Position numbers and translations under genes: made by a program
Origin: a virus
Lineage: Duplodnaviria; Heunggongvirae; Uroviricota; Caudoviricetes
DNA: 64,000 nucleotides
IMG/VR virus record: IMGVR_UViG_3300021431_000077
Coordinates: 103,062 to 167,061 of that record
Direction: 5' to 3' (one strand)
Shown here: positions 19,382 through 29,872 of the stretch, one piece after another
Layout: every line of letters begins with the position of its first letter
Numbering within the stretch: position 1 is the stretch's first letter
Notes under the pieces: model-generated
Databases searched by the model: none
What the model was told of the DNA's origin: nothing
The model's input: the letters and a program-made list of their open reading frames with translations, nothing else

Positions 19382-20128
19382 TTAATCTAAAATATCTTGA
19401 ATGGTAGGGGTTTTGGAGAGGGAATGATTACCCTTGCGCCATTCGTCCATATCAATCGTGGTTACTCCGATAACCTTTCGTTCGCTGTAAATATGGTAAA
19501 CCCGATTGTTGACAAGAACCATGAACCATTGGTTAGCCTTGTGGTAAACGGCTCCCTTATATTCATTCGGCAGGGAATTAAATTCTTTTTTATTGAAAAT
19601 ACCGTACAAGCGTATAGGCATACTTACAGGGCATTTGCTACAGTCGATATGGTCGTTCGATTCGCCTGGGCAAGCATCACATCCAGCACTAATGAAGCCA
19701 CAATGACTGCAAACACATTGACCGAACTGAGAGCTAAACGAGGTGTCACACGACGGGCAAACATCGCTGAAACCGTCCTCGTGTACAGAAGCAAACTCGA
19801 TTGGTTTAACCAAGGCCACAATTACATTCACGGTGTAGGTGTCGCCTTTGTAGGTGCATTCCCATTCGCCGAGGTAATCGTCGCTTGCTGGCGTTCCTGC
19901 CACTTCGGAGAGCGCTCCGTATTCGTCAGGCTTAAAGAGGACGGCTTCTGTCCATGCGCCCTCATCTTCGTCCTGCGATGCAACGCACTTCACATCCATA
20001 ACCATCCCATCATCGAAAACGGCGGTGCGGGTGAGTTGTCCGTATTCAGGACGGGTCTTGTTGTCAAGAGCATCCTTGATTTCCTTGTATTCTTTTTTGG
20101 TTAGTGTGATTGTTGCGGTGTGCTTCAT
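19382..20128 (-). CDS. hypothetical protein with Cys-rich (Zn-binding) module
   Basis: CPSC...CSHC...CDAC...CSKC. Confidence 0.8.
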   Translation of the reverse strand: MKHTATITLTKKEYKEIKDALDNKTRPEYGQLTRTAVFDDGMVMDVKCVASQDEDEGAWTEAVLFKPDEYGALSEVAGTPASDDYLGEWECTYKGDTYTVNVIVALVKPIEFASVHEDGFSDVCPSCDTSFSSQFGQCVCSHCGFISAGCDACPGESNDHIDCSKCPVSMPIRLYGIFNKKEFNSLPNEYKGAVYHKANQWFMVLVNNRVYHIYSERKVIGVTTIDMDEWRKGNHSLSKTPTIQDILD

Positions 20129-20327
20129 AAGTGTCTCCTATTTATACCCTAAATATACATAATTAAATTGTTTTAGTCAATAGGGTTTCCAACATTTTTG
20201 TGTAAATTTTCATATACAAACTTCTGGTGGAAACTGTGGGGACGACGGGCCCCCAGTCAAGGGGTGATAACCCAAGTTGGAAATCAAAAAATAAAAAATA
20301 AAAATGCCCCCAATGAGGGGGCGCCTG

Positions 20328-21038
20328 TTAATGGGAACTGCAATAGATTACCTTAACATTTGGGCGGTAACACTTTTTGCATTTTTCACAGGTGATTTTA
20401 TGGTTGAGTTTGGTTCCAACATAAGCCCTGCAATAGTCTGTAGCGTCTATGTAGGTTTCGCCGTCATCATAGACGAAAGCGTGAACATTCGGGTAATTGG
20501 CTACCCTTAAATATTCGTTTACCCCATGCTCATGCCAAATTGAGAAATTGATATGGAAATTATTGGGGAGCGGGTTATTCTCAATAAATTCCACAGCAAG
20601 ATTAAATTGCTTTGTGTACAGGTAGAGAGTGAAATTTGGGTGAAGGGCCGCAAGCAAAGACCACATTTCCAACTCTTGCATATTTTCAATGTCGCCACTC
20701 TGATTTATGCGGACTACATTGAAACGACGGGTAACGGACAGTTGACGGTTCAGGTCTTGGAACACCTTGTCAGGACAGGTGCGAAGCCCTATTGCATTGA
20801 CAGCGTGCCCATACATGGCGGTCTTTGGGTATCTGTTGTAGGACTTGTTTACATAGCACTCTCTTGTGCAGAACTTGCTATTGCGACAAGTGCCACGCAC
20901 CCGCTTATTGAGACGAGGGATATAAAGCAACTCATCGCCTTTAAGGGTAGACCAACTGGCAACACCGTCGCCCAACTTGATATTTTTACCGATGTTGAAA
21001 TGATAAGTGTATTTGTGAGGGTTGAATTTTTTGCTCAT
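20328..21038 (-). CDS. phage GP88-like protein
   Basis: TCRNSKFCTRECY, VRINQSGD and LYLYTK motifs resemble the Gene product 88 family. Confidence 0.7.
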   Translation of the reverse strand: MSKKFNPHKYTYHFNIGKNIKLGDGVASWSTLKGDELLYIPRLNKRVRGTCRNSKFCTRECYVNKSYNRYPKTAMYGHAVNAIGLRTCPDKVFQDLNRQLSVTRRFNVVRINQSGDIENMQELEMWSLLAALHPNFTLYLYTKQFNLAVEFIENNPLPNNFHINFSIWHEHGVNEYLRVANYPNVHAFVYDDGETYIDATDYCRAYVGTKLNHKITCEKCKKCYRPNVKVIYCSSH

Positions 21039-21243
21039 AATAACTCCGTTGTTATTACTTAAAATATAGATAATTAAAATAGATTAGTCAATAGAAAACC
21101 CAAAGTTTTTGGGTTAATTTTTGTAAACATTATTTTATCAAATCGACTCCGCCTGCGGCGAAGCTGGAAAAGGGTGATAACCCAAGTTGGAAATATAAAA
21201 TAAAAAATTTTTTAACCCCTCTTTCGAGGGGTTTGGAAGTAGG

Positions 21244-21672
21244 TTAGTCAATGCAGACTTGGAACCAGGTGTCCGTGTGTTCTATACTGCACATATACAC
21301 TCGGGGTCTGAACTTCCGTGGGAGTTGTTCATGAACACGCTCGAAGAACTGCGACCGAGAAGCTGCGAAATGGGCATAAACATCAAATTCTTTTTTCGTA
21401 TTCATGTCAGTAATGGTGATTTTCTTGAAATCTGCCCAACCACGCTTTTTCATGTGGTGCTGAACATAGACGACAAAATTACAAATACTTTTTACAAGCT
21501 GATGCCTAGCCTTGCTCAAAGTGGATTTTTCATCCTTGTAGTAATCAGGGAGTTTAACACCAGAGTTGCCCGAAGTGTGGAACTCCGTGCGGAACATCTT
21601 GTGGTCGAATGTTTCCCCGATTGTTACACGGGTCTTGTAGTAGCCATCTTCAATGGAAAGTTTGTCATACAT
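21244..21672 (-). CDS. hypothetical protein
   Basis: Coupled to the upstream ORF. Confidence 0.75.
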   Translation of the reverse strand: MYDKLSIEDGYYKTRVTIGETFDHKMFRTEFHTSGNSGVKLPDYYKDEKSTLSKARHQLVKSICNFVVYVQHHMKKRGWADFKKITITDMNTKKEFDVYAHFAASRSQFFERVHEQLPRKFRPRVYMCSIEHTDTWFQVCID

Positions 21673-21675
21673 GGC

Positions 21676-22101
21676 TTACCGCCTTGCTTGCATTTTTTCT
21701 GTGTATTGGATTCCAGCGGACGAAAGCAATTTCTTTGCATTGCTGTATTCGTCTTCGCTCATAGAACCGTCAAAATCCCAGTCCTTTACATACCCTGCAC
21801 TTTGAAGCACCATCAGAACCGCCTTTACAGCCGCATCGTAAGGTTCACGGTCAGTCTTGCAGAACTCTTTGCTGTCATCGGTCAGGTCGATGTAGAAGTC
21901 TTCTCCGCTGTCTTCCTTATTGACATTGAAGTGAATGAGAGTGGGGCTAACGGTAGGGGCTTTGTCTTTGTCGAAGAAGCCCTTAACTACCTTTTCTCCA
22001 CTCTGTTGTTCATAGGTGGCAAGGATTTTATTCACCTGTCCGATGATAGCAGGCGAGATTCTTTTTTTGTTGCTTTTAGTCCAATAATTTGTGTAGCCCA
22101 T
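21676..22101 (-). CDS. conserved phage hypothetical protein (MGYTxYW type)
   Basis: MGYTNYW N-terminus and FCKTDREPYDAAV motif. Confidence 0.75.
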   Translation of the reverse strand: MGYTNYWTKSNKKRISPAIIGQVNKILATYEQQSGEKVVKGFFDKDKAPTVSPTLIHFNVNKEDSGEDFYIDLTDDSKEFCKTDREPYDAAVKAVLMVLQSAGYVKDWDFDGSMSEDEYSNAKKLLSSAGIQYTEKMQARR

Positions 22102-22289
22102 ATTTGACTCCGTTGTTAATGTTTGTTGTTTCTATGTATATAATATACTTAATTAAAATGGGTTTGTCAATAGGTTTTAATAAAATTTTTGTAAAGAATT
22201 AGATACAAACTGGGGTTTAAACCCTGTCGTCATACCCCTGTTGAGACGACGCCGCTACGGGCATGGGGTGATAACCCAAGTTGGAAATC

Positions 22290-22330
22290 AAAAAATAAAA
22301 AATAAAAATCCCCCTCTTTCGAGGGGGCAG
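22290..22330 (-). terminator. Representative intrinsic terminator of array cassettes (GNRA-loop hairpin plus U tract)
   Basis: Minus strand cccccucGAAAgagggggauuuuuauuuuuu. Related hairpins (cccctctttcgagggg, cccctcttgcgagggg, gcccccaatgagggggc, gccccacccattcgggtgaggc) lie just right of nearly every 18-bp site. Confidence 0.9.
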
Positions 22331-22333
22331 GAG

Positions 22334-23218
22334 TCAGGCGATTTTTTGAGGCTTAGGGTAAACCTTGTCAATGAGTTCCATAAACACCGTGTAGATGGTT
22401 TCATCAGGCAAGCCGTTGAGTGCATTTCGCAGATATTGGAGTTTGGAAATGGCGTATTCTCTCTTTTCCTTGATTTCCTGTTTTTTCTTTTCGGCTTCAC
22501 GGAAATACTTTCTTGCGTAAGCACGACCAAATTTTACAAATTCTTTGCGGTCATCTTCGGTCATCAATGTTGCCGAGGCATTGATTTCCTCCATGTTCTT
22601 TTTGGCGGTCGGCACAATATCGTTCAAGAAACGCTCTTTGTGAGCCGCCCCCCACGGCTTATCTTCCCAATAAGGGTCAGGTTCATACCACTTGCGTTCA
22701 TCGTTGCCAATATCGTGGTCGGCAAAGTTCTCTACACTACGAACGCTCGGGAGGGGGTGTTTCTTGCTGTGATACTCATTATCCACAAAGGCATACTTGA
22801 TAATAGCCTTGTTTTCACCGAACTTTTGGTCGGGGTCATCAAGGGTAATGTCAAGGTAGATAAAGCCGTGGTTTTCGGCTTGGTCGAAAATGTCCGATTT
22901 AGCCGTGTCCCAACCCTGCATAATATCATCTACCGTATAGGGAATGAGGTCTGTAGTATCTACAAAGTCTTTCATATCGAAGTTGATAGAAAGATACCGC
23001 TTGAACCTATCCATTTGGTCTTTGTTGATAGCATATCCGCCATGACTACCGCTAATCTCGCTATCCACAAAGGCGATAGCAGAACGCAGACGGCTAATCA
23101 TGCGTTCACCATAGCACCACTGGTAATAAAGCCCAAAGAATGCCTGATGTTTATAGAACTTGTCGCTTGTTTTTTCTTTTGCCCGAACTCGGACAAAAAA
23201 GTTGCTTCTTTCACCCAT
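22334..23218 (-). CDS. conserved phage hypothetical protein
   Basis: 294 aa, single-gene cassette; LYYQWCYGERMISR motif. Confidence 0.8.
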   Translation of the reverse strand: MGERSNFFVRVRAKEKTSDKFYKHQAFFGLYYQWCYGERMISRLRSAIAFVDSEISGSHGGYAINKDQMDRFKRYLSINFDMKDFVDTTDLIPYTVDDIMQGWDTAKSDIFDQAENHGFIYLDITLDDPDQKFGENKAIIKYAFVDNEYHSKKHPLPSVRSVENFADHDIGNDERKWYEPDPYWEDKPWGAAHKERFLNDIVPTAKKNMEEINASATLMTEDDRKEFVKFGRAYARKYFREAEKKKQEIKEKREYAISKLQYLRNALNGLPDETIYTVFMELIDKVYPKPQKIA

Positions 23219-23442
23219 AATTGTCTCCGTTGTTAAGGTTTCTATGTCTATAATATACCTAATTAAAATGGTTTTGTCAATAGGTTTTAACAGATATTTG
23301 TGTAAACATTTAGATACAAGTCTTCGATACCAACCAGCCTCCGCCTGCGGGCGAAGGGGAAAAGGGTGATAACCAAAGTTGAAAATCTGGTTAACCCAAA
23401 GTTAAAACCCCCTCTTGCGAGGGGGGTACATAATCATTAGAT

Positions 23443-23817
23443 TCAAGCTTGATTTTCTTTTTTATATTCCGCAATCTTCTTTACGAACCTGATAGCATTT
23501 CGCTTGCTCTTGAAGAACAAGTCGGTAAGGCACTTGATGTCGTCCTCGTCATACTCGGCAGGATAGCAACGCAGGAACATACCCCTTTGCCCAGCAACGG
23601 AAACGGCTAAGTCCATGAACGCATACTCGGGAACATCTAGGGTAGACGCAGTGTCCTCGGTACACAGGCATTCGCATCCATTAAGGGTGAAACAGACAGT
23701 CCATCCAGTCTTCCACTTGCAGGTATCTTTTGCAAGAGACTCCTCTACAACCCCGACAGGACACTTGCCGTGCCCGCTATCAATATCCATAATGTATATA
23801 GGCTTTTGATTACGCAT
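23443..23817 (-). CDS. hypothetical protein
   Basis: Single-gene cassette. Confidence 0.8.
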   Translation of the reverse strand: MRNQKPIYIMDIDSGHGKCPVGVVEESLAKDTCKWKTGWTVCFTLNGCECLCTEDTASTLDVPEYAFMDLAVSVAGQRGMFLRCYPAEYDEDDIKCLTDLFFKSKRNAIRFVKKIAEYKKENQA

Positions 23818-24084
23818 TGGTTAAACTCCTTTCGTTGTTTCTATGTATATAATATACCTAATTAAAATGGTTTTGTCAATAGGGTTTTAACAGATTTTGT
23901 GTAAAGAATTAGATACAAACAAGGGTTTAAACCCTGGGTGGGCAGCGGCAGAAGGTCAGGGGGTGATAACCCAAGTTGAAAATCAAAAATAAAAAATAAA
24001 AAATGCCGTGAGGAAAGTGTGTTGTGGCTAGGCTGTGTGATGGCCTATTTTTCCTCACGGCAGGGGGCAGGGAGACCCCCGATT

Positions 24085-24513
24085 TTACAAGTGCATTAAC
24101 CTTTGTTTCACCAATGCGAGGTCAACGGATGCCAAAGCCACCTTGAACATACGTTCTTTGACAAGGCTAGGGCAAGGCTCGTCAGTAAGGATGCTTACAT
24201 CACGGATTGTGTCCTGATGCAGAACTTTCTTTTTGCCCTTATGTTCAAGGACGATTTTCCAAACGATGCCGTCTTTGGACTGGGTAAAACGTGTATCATA
24301 ATGGATATAGTCCAATGAGTTCATGCAGGGAGTGATGCTTATGGTGAAGCCGCAACTGATAGGCTTTGCGAACCCTCCGCTATATCCCATAGCCATATAG
24401 CCGACATCAAAGCAAACGCCAAGTGTCTTAATATCGCACTTTTCATCAACGTGTTTTTGCCATTCGTTGATTAACGCCTTTATAGCAAGGATGTTAGGTT
24501 TTCTGAAAATCAT
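24085..24513 (-). CDS. hypothetical protein
   Basis: Cassette gene 2. Confidence 0.75.
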   Translation of the reverse strand: MIFRKPNILAIKALINEWQKHVDEKCDIKTLGVCFDVGYMAMGYSGGFAKPISCGFTISITPCMNSLDYIHYDTRFTQSKDGIVWKIVLEHKGKKKVLHQDTIRDVSILTDEPCPSLVKERMFKVALASVDLALVKQRLMHL

Positions 24514-24527
24514 TTTTTACCCCCTTA

Positions 24528-24875
24528 TTAGAACCAACTGATTCTCACGTTGTTGTAATGTTCGGGAGTTTCTTTGAGCCACGAACGGAACAGTTCAACC
24601 ACGTAGTCCTTTGGGTAGTCCTTGGGTTTGACACCCCATTCCTTGCACTTGCGGTTATACTCCCGCTTCGTCATATTGGCAAGGGTTTCAGTCATGGCTT
24701 TGAACTGTTCTTTGTTGAACTCCCAAATGGCTTCCTCGGAATGGTATTCCCCACCAGTGTAGGAGTCTTCGATATATTCATCGGCAAGGCTTTCAAGCAA
24801 GTCCTGACCCCACGCCAGACCCTCGCTCCCATACAGGATTTCATACCTCGTGATAACGTGTGCTCTTGTAGACAT
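24528..24875 (-). CDS. hypothetical protein
   Basis: Cassette gene 1, GGAG RBS. Confidence 0.8.
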   Translation of the reverse strand: MSTRAHVITRYEILYGSEGLAWGQDLLESLADEYIEDSYTGGEYHSEEAIWEFNKEQFKAMTETLANMTKREYNRKCKEWGVKPKDYPKDYVVELFRSWLKETPEHYNNVRISWF

Positions 24876-25103
24876 ACTGCTTTCTCCGTTGTTTTGTTGT
24901 TTCTATGTATATAATATACCTAATTAAAATTGGTTTGTCAATAGATTTAATAAAAAATTTTTGTAAACTTTTTGATACAGACTGTGCGGAAACCGTGGGG
25001 ACGGCGGGATGAAGGCGCAGGGGTGATAACCCAAGTTGGAAATCTTTTGGTGAACATAGGAAAAGCCCCACCCATTCGGGTGAGGCTTGGAGACAAGGGA
25101 AAC

Positions 25104-25562
25104 TTATCCGTAGCAGGAGAAACGCTGGTCTTTGTCAATGTTTCCGTATTTCTTTTGGAACTCTAAGGCTTTCTTTGTGAGTTTCTTCGGAACCCAAACA
25201 TCGCTGTAATTGATTTCCCAATACCATTCGCCACTGTCGAGGTCATCATAGCAGTCGCCGTCGCCAGTGAAGTAAATTAAATTGACGGTCATTCTTGTCT
25301 TTTCCTTAAAGGCTTCCTTGACCTTATCGTAGGCTTCACGAACCTTGACCCAATTTTCATCTTCCGTGTCGAAGTCACAGCAGCCATCGTTGAAGCCATC
25401 GCCTCCGTCATTGAGGGCATCGCTCATTTCTGCGGCTCCCTCGTCTTCTGCAAAGTTGTCAAACTTTTTCTTGAAAGCGTTGAACAACTTTGCTCCAACC
25501 ACTTTCTTGACGATTTTTTCTTCCACAATTTGGTGGTAAGATTCGATGTTTCCCATTGACAT
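25104..25562 (-). CDS. hypothetical acidic protein
   Basis: Single-gene cassette. Confidence 0.8.
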   Translation of the reverse strand: MSMGNIESYHQIVEEKIVKKVVGAKLFNAFKKKFDNFAEDEGAAEMSDALNDGGDGFNDGCCDFDTEDENWVKVREAYDKVKEAFKEKTRMTVNLIYFTGDGDCYDDLDSGEWYWEINYSDVWVPKKLTKKALEFQKKYGNIDKDQRFSCYG

Positions 25563-25811
25563 AGTAAACTCCTTTGTTAATGCTTGTTGTTTCTATGTAT
25601 ATAATATACCTAATTAAATTGGTTTTGTCAATGGGTTATAAACACTTTTTGTGTAAACATTTCTAAACACGGTAATCCCCAGGGAATCCTGACGCTTCTC
25701 CCGGTTCCAACAGCAGAAGGGTGATAACCCAAGTTGAATATCAGGGGGAAAACAAGAGAAAACCCCCCAAATGGGGGGCATCCCAGGTGTAACCCAGGTT
25801 TAAACCCAGGA

Positions 25812-26735
25812 TTATGCCACCTTTACGGCCTTGATGTGGTCAATGATGTGGATAACATTGTTCATCGGCTTGAAACAGGTGTTCATGAACTGCGAGTCAT
25901 CGTAGCGACCCTTACGGATGCTAGTGTGGGTGATGTAGTCTGTGTAAGCGTTGACGAGTCCCCAAGCGTTGCCCTTATGGTTTTGGTTGTCGTCCGCGTC
26001 AAGCATCTTGACGAAAGCGCTCTTCTGACTTGCAAGCACCAACTTGGCACGTTCATCCGCATTAGAGGGCATCGGGAACAACATATTGACAGCGAGTTCC
26101 AAATCGCTCTTTGCCATCTTGATGCTACTGAACTGCTTTGCCATTTCGTTGAGTTTGCCCATATACTGAGCAACGCCCTGCAAGATATACTTTGCTTCTT
26201 CCATGCGTTCATTAACCCTTGCGGAGTGGCGAATGTTGATGGTGTTTTCAACGTTCTTGAAAGCAAAATTAAATTGATTCTGACAGATAACACGGAGCGG
26301 AGTAATCGCTGCGGACAACTGATACTTTCCGTTGAAAGAATTACGGAAAATAACGTAGGGCTTGAACGTGTCGCCCAAAACATCAACTTCGGGGAGTTCT
26401 GCAATAAGGTAAATCATGCCCGTGTGGGTCATGCCACCCTTGACGAACTTCAAGCCGTCGCTGATGTAGTCCACGAATGCGAAGCCATCACGGTTCTGTA
26501 CCACCTCGTACTTCTCACCAACGACCCCGAGGATATGCTTGTGACCCTTTTCGTCGAGATAGGTGTTAGCAACCATATCATCCACTTTGGTCTTGTCAGC
26601 GAGCCAGAGCGTTTCCTTTGTTACTTCGTAATTGAGCTTTGCCTTTGTGAGAGCATCATCTACCGCTGTGGTATCAAGTGTGGTGCCGATGCTTGCCCAA
26701 GAAGCAATGCGAGGGAGGGTAATAATGTCAGCCAT
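25812..26735 (-). CDS. DUF932 family protein (phage/plasmid-like, TIGR03299 type)
   Basis: LGVVGEKYEVVQNRDGF, FRNSFNG, TPLRVICQNQF, IRHS and WGLVNAYTDY motifs. Confidence 0.9.
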   Translation of the reverse strand: MADIITLPRIASWASIGTTLDTTAVDDALTKAKLNYEVTKETLWLADKTKVDDMVANTYLDEKGHKHILGVVGEKYEVVQNRDGFAFVDYISDGLKFVKGGMTHTGMIYLIAELPEVDVLGDTFKPYVIFRNSFNGKYQLSAAITPLRVICQNQFNFAFKNVENTINIRHSARVNERMEEAKYILQGVAQYMGKLNEMAKQFSSIKMAKSDLELAVNMLFPMPSNADERAKLVLASQKSAFVKMLDADDNQNHKGNAWGLVNAYTDYITHTSIRKGRYDDSQFMNTCFKPMNNVIHIIDHIKAVKVA

Positions 26736-26934
26736 AATGGACTCCTTTGTTTGTGTGATTTGTTTCAATTACATAATTAAATATAGGTAATTGGATTTGG
26801 TTTGTCAAGGGGTAAACCGAATTTATTTTAACTTTTTTCCAACCCCAGCGTCGTCCTGCGGCGAAGGCGGAAAGGGTGATAACCCAAGTTGGAAATCTGG
26901 TGGAAACAAAGTTAAAACCCCTTTCGGGGCTTTG

Positions 26935-27192
26935 TTAAATCTCCACGGTAATATCGTCATAGTCGGCAAGCTTGCTCACCTCTTCTACCAATTCATCAGG
27001 GAGTTCATCATTGTCTTGAATCCACGGAATAGGTATGTAGCTATCTCCGCCGCCAAGCTTGACCTCTCCTGCTTTATACTTGTTTTCAATGCAGGATGAA
27101 TCACCTTTTGCAACCGCTTTGAGTTCATCTTCGGTCAGTTCAACTTCCGCATAAAGGCGAAAGCCAATTTTGTATTTCTTTTCTTTTGCCAT
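26935..27192 (-). CDS. hypothetical protein
   Basis: Cassette gene 2. Confidence 0.75.
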   Translation of the reverse strand: MAKEKKYKIGFRLYAEVELTEDELKAVAKGDSSCIENKYKAGEVKLGGGDSYIPIPWIQDNDELPDELVEEVSKLADYDDITVEI

Positions 27193-27203
27193 GGTATACC
27201 CCC

Positions 27204-27644
27204 TTATTTCATCAATTTTTTCTTAATGTTTTCAAGCGTTTTATCCATCAGCTTATTTAACTCCGCTTTGGTAATGACGGAATACGAAGTTTTAGGCTGA
27301 ACATAGCATGAATCGTCTTCCATAGGGCGGATGCACGGTTCGTCCACGTTGAGGCAAACACGTGCGTATTCAATACAGAAGCAAGTCTTGTACTCCTTGC
27401 TCCACGTGATACGGCGGACAATGCCGTAGGTGGTTACACGCCTGTTCAAGTCAATGATGTCGTTGTGGAAAACCAACACCTTGCCGTCCAACTTCTTGTG
27501 GATGATGTTCAAAATTCGTGTATGGTTTTCGTCCATAAGGTTTTCATTCCAGATAAGACCCGAACCGCCTGCGTAGCCGTAATTGTGATATACGCTAAGT
27601 TCTTTAATCAACTTATCGTCAAACAGTTTTACTGTCCTTGCCAT
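27204..27644 (-). CDS. hypothetical protein
   Basis: Cassette gene 1. Confidence 0.8.
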   Translation of the reverse strand: MARTVKLFDDKLIKELSVYHNYGYAGGSGLIWNENLMDENHTRILNIIHKKLDGKVLVFHNDIIDLNRRVTTYGIVRRITWSKEYKTCFCIEYARVCLNVDEPCIRPMEDDSCYVQPKTSYSVITKAELNKLMDKTLENIKKKLMK

Positions 27645-27851
27645 ATTAGACTCCTTGTTGTTTCTATATTAAATATACCTAATTAAATTCAGTTTGTCAA
27701 GCTTTTTTTAAAAAAATTTTTTTGAGTCGAGGACAAACCTGGTTTCTCCTGGTTCCAACAGCAGAAGGGTGATAACCCAAGTTGAAAACAAAAATAAAAA
27801 ATAAAAAATAACCCCCTCTTTCGAGGGGGCAGGAGTCAGCACAGAGCCAAA

Positions 27852-28349
27852 CTATTCGTGTTTTTGCACTTTGAGGATAACCCATTCTTCCTTGCTGTCT
27901 TTCGTGGCAGGGATAATTCCGATTGCTTTTTCTTTCGCTTTCGTTTCCGCTTCCTTTTCGCTTGCAGCAATGATTTCCATTTGCAGGGCGGCACCAGAGA
28001 GTTCTTGATGAGTCAATTCCACTTCAAACTTGACACTTGCATTTTCAGTTTCATACTGGTACTTTTCAAGCACGCAGTTCTCTATATGTTCACGCAATGC
28101 CCTGGTGATAGGGAACACCGAGGAACGGAAGTCTTCGCCTTTGTACAACGGGTTAGGCGGATAGCCGACAAACATACCGTTCACACCGTCCATAATGCGT
28201 AAACCGCTGATTTGAAGTTGGTTATTAAGAACCACGTTTGCAATCCCCAGCATATTTCCAATCTTCTGATTGAAAGGGAACACCTGAACCGCTGTTACGG
28301 AAAGACATTCAAAGTCCTTTTCTTCTGTTGCTTTCTTTTTTGTAGCCAT
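27852..28349 (-). CDS. spoVG: SpoVG family nucleic-acid-binding protein with C-terminal extension
   Basis: VTAVQVFP...IANVVLNNQLQISGLRIMDGVNGMFVGYP...FPITRALREHIENCVLEKY. Confidence 0.9.
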   Translation of the reverse strand: MATKKKATEEKDFECLSVTAVQVFPFNQKIGNMLGIANVVLNNQLQISGLRIMDGVNGMFVGYPPNPLYKGEDFRSSVFPITRALREHIENCVLEKYQYETENASVKFEVELTHQELSGAALQMEIIAASEKEAETKAKEKAIGIIPATKDSKEEWVILKVQKHE

Positions 28350-28359
28350 AATTGTCTCC

Positions 28360-28749
28360 TTATGAGTTTGCCTGATTATCTGCCAATTCTTCCATATCCT
28401 GAATAATGGTTAAGGCAAGAGCAAAAATCTTTACGATAGGGCGAACCTTTGTTGCCACCACATACTTCATCGCATCTGCGTTGAGAGCGAGGTTGCGGAT
28501 AACCACCTGAACGGCAGGCTCTTTCTTCTTGTGCTTTACCCACATAGGTGCAAGGCAAAGCGAGAACCCCCTAGTCTTGAACTGAAACACGGTGCCGATT
28601 TTCTTCTTGTTGATTTTGGTCTTGACAAGGCTCCCATCACAGCACATTTCAAGCCCGATTTCGGGGCAGGTCTCACTTACATTCTTGAACGCTTTACGAA
28701 CGTCGTGGACTTCGTGAGTGTTGAAGCAGTCTCTTTCATAATAGGTCAT
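28360..28749 (-). CDS. hypothetical protein
   Basis: Cassette gene 1. Confidence 0.75.
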   Translation of the reverse strand: MTYYERDCFNTHEVHDVRKAFKNVSETCPEIGLEMCCDGSLVKTKINKKKIGTVFQFKTRGFSLCLAPMWVKHKKKEPAVQVVIRNLALNADAMKYVVATKVRPIVKIFALALTIIQDMEELADNQANS

Positions 28750-28970
28750 TGGTTTACCTCGTTTTTATACCTATAATATACCTAATTAAATTAGTTTTGT
28801 CAAGGGGTTTTAACCGATTTTGTGTAAAGAATTAGATACAAACTTGGGTTAAACCCTGTCGTCAGAACCCTGTTTGGGACGACTCCTTCCAGGAAAGGGG
28901 TGATACCCCAAGTTGAATATCGGGTTGAAACCTGTTAAAACCCCACCAGTTCAGGTGGGGCAAGTCTAAA

Positions 28971-29390
28971 TTATAACCATTGAGCATTTAATCCAGCAGA
29001 CTTGATTTCCTCAATGGCTCTGTTAATGGTATCATACCGTTCTCTGATATTACACTCAATCTTCTTATTAGTAGAAACCACCAACTTTATTGTTTTGTCC
29101 TTGTTGCGACCCAACCCACTAACGGCAAATGTGTATGGTGCATTTGGGTAGTGAGAACCGTCATAGCCAACGTGGCTAATATACAGGTTTTTCTTCTTGA
29201 TGATAGCCTTTATAGTTTCATACTGGGTTGACAACTCGGTATCAACCGTCATTCTTGAAAGAATGTCTTGAACCCATGATGACAACCCATACACCATTTG
29301 GATATACTCCATTTTTGCTACAAGCTCTTGCGGCACACTAAATGAGTATGTTTTGGCAATTCTATCTCTGCCTTTCGGTGGTCTTCCCAT
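28971..29390 (-). CDS. putative ribbon-helix-helix DNA-binding protein
   Basis: MGRPPK then TYSFSVPQELVAKME...LSSWVQDIL (beta-alpha-alpha pattern). Confidence 0.5.
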   Translation of the reverse strand: MGRPPKGRDRIAKTYSFSVPQELVAKMEYIQMVYGLSSWVQDILSRMTVDTELSTQYETIKAIIKKKNLYISHVGYDGSHYPNAPYTFAVSGLGRNKDKTIKLVVSTNKKIECNIRERYDTINRAIEEIKSAGLNAQWL

Positions 29391-29566
29391 AGATTTACCC
29401 CATTGGTTGATTTCTATAATTTAAGCAATTTTATGTTAATCGTCTTTTCTAATGAAATATACCCTGCGGATTCGTTTGCACTCTGGGCACCAAGCCCTAG
29501 TCCAAGTTCGGCAGGAAATATCTAGCGGAAAATGGTGGTGGCAAACACCGCAACGGAAGATAGGCA

Positions 29567-29872
29567 TCACTTCACCTCGTTGAACTTGTTAAGCACCACC
29601 GCTTCGATGTAGGAACGCACGTCATCTCTCGACGGAGCAACAATGCTTCGTGTATCATCGCCATGAAAGAACGGGTCACTCGGATAAGCCACGAACATAC
29701 CATTCGGGCCGTCCATGATACGCAAGTTACGGATAACAATGGCATCGTTAATCGTAATCACTGCCATGCCCTTTGTGTACATCATCTTTGATGTTTCCTT
29801 GAAAGGGAACACCCTCACTTGTGTTACCTTGATACCGCAATTCGGTTCAATCTCTTGATACTGTTCAGCCAT
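29567..29872 (-). CDS. spoVG: SpoVG family nucleic-acid-binding protein
   Basis: KVTQVRVFP...AVITINDAIVIRNLRIMDGPNGMFVAYPS...VRSYIEAVVLNKF. Confidence 0.9.
   Translation of the reverse strand: MAEQYQEIEPNCGIKVTQVRVFPFKETSKMMYTKGMAVITINDAIVIRNLRIMDGPNGMFVAYPSDPFFHGDDTRSIVAPSRDDVRSYIEAVVLNKFNEVK

Noticed and set aside
14908-25166. Long + strand ORFs in the track (e.g. 14908-15801, 19397-20104, 21259-22107, 22241-23236) and similar ones at 25734-26780 and 44478-45044
   Set aside because: They are antisense shadows of minus-strand genes that have RBS, promoter and terminator; they lack their own RBS and show low-complexity F/V/L-rich translation.
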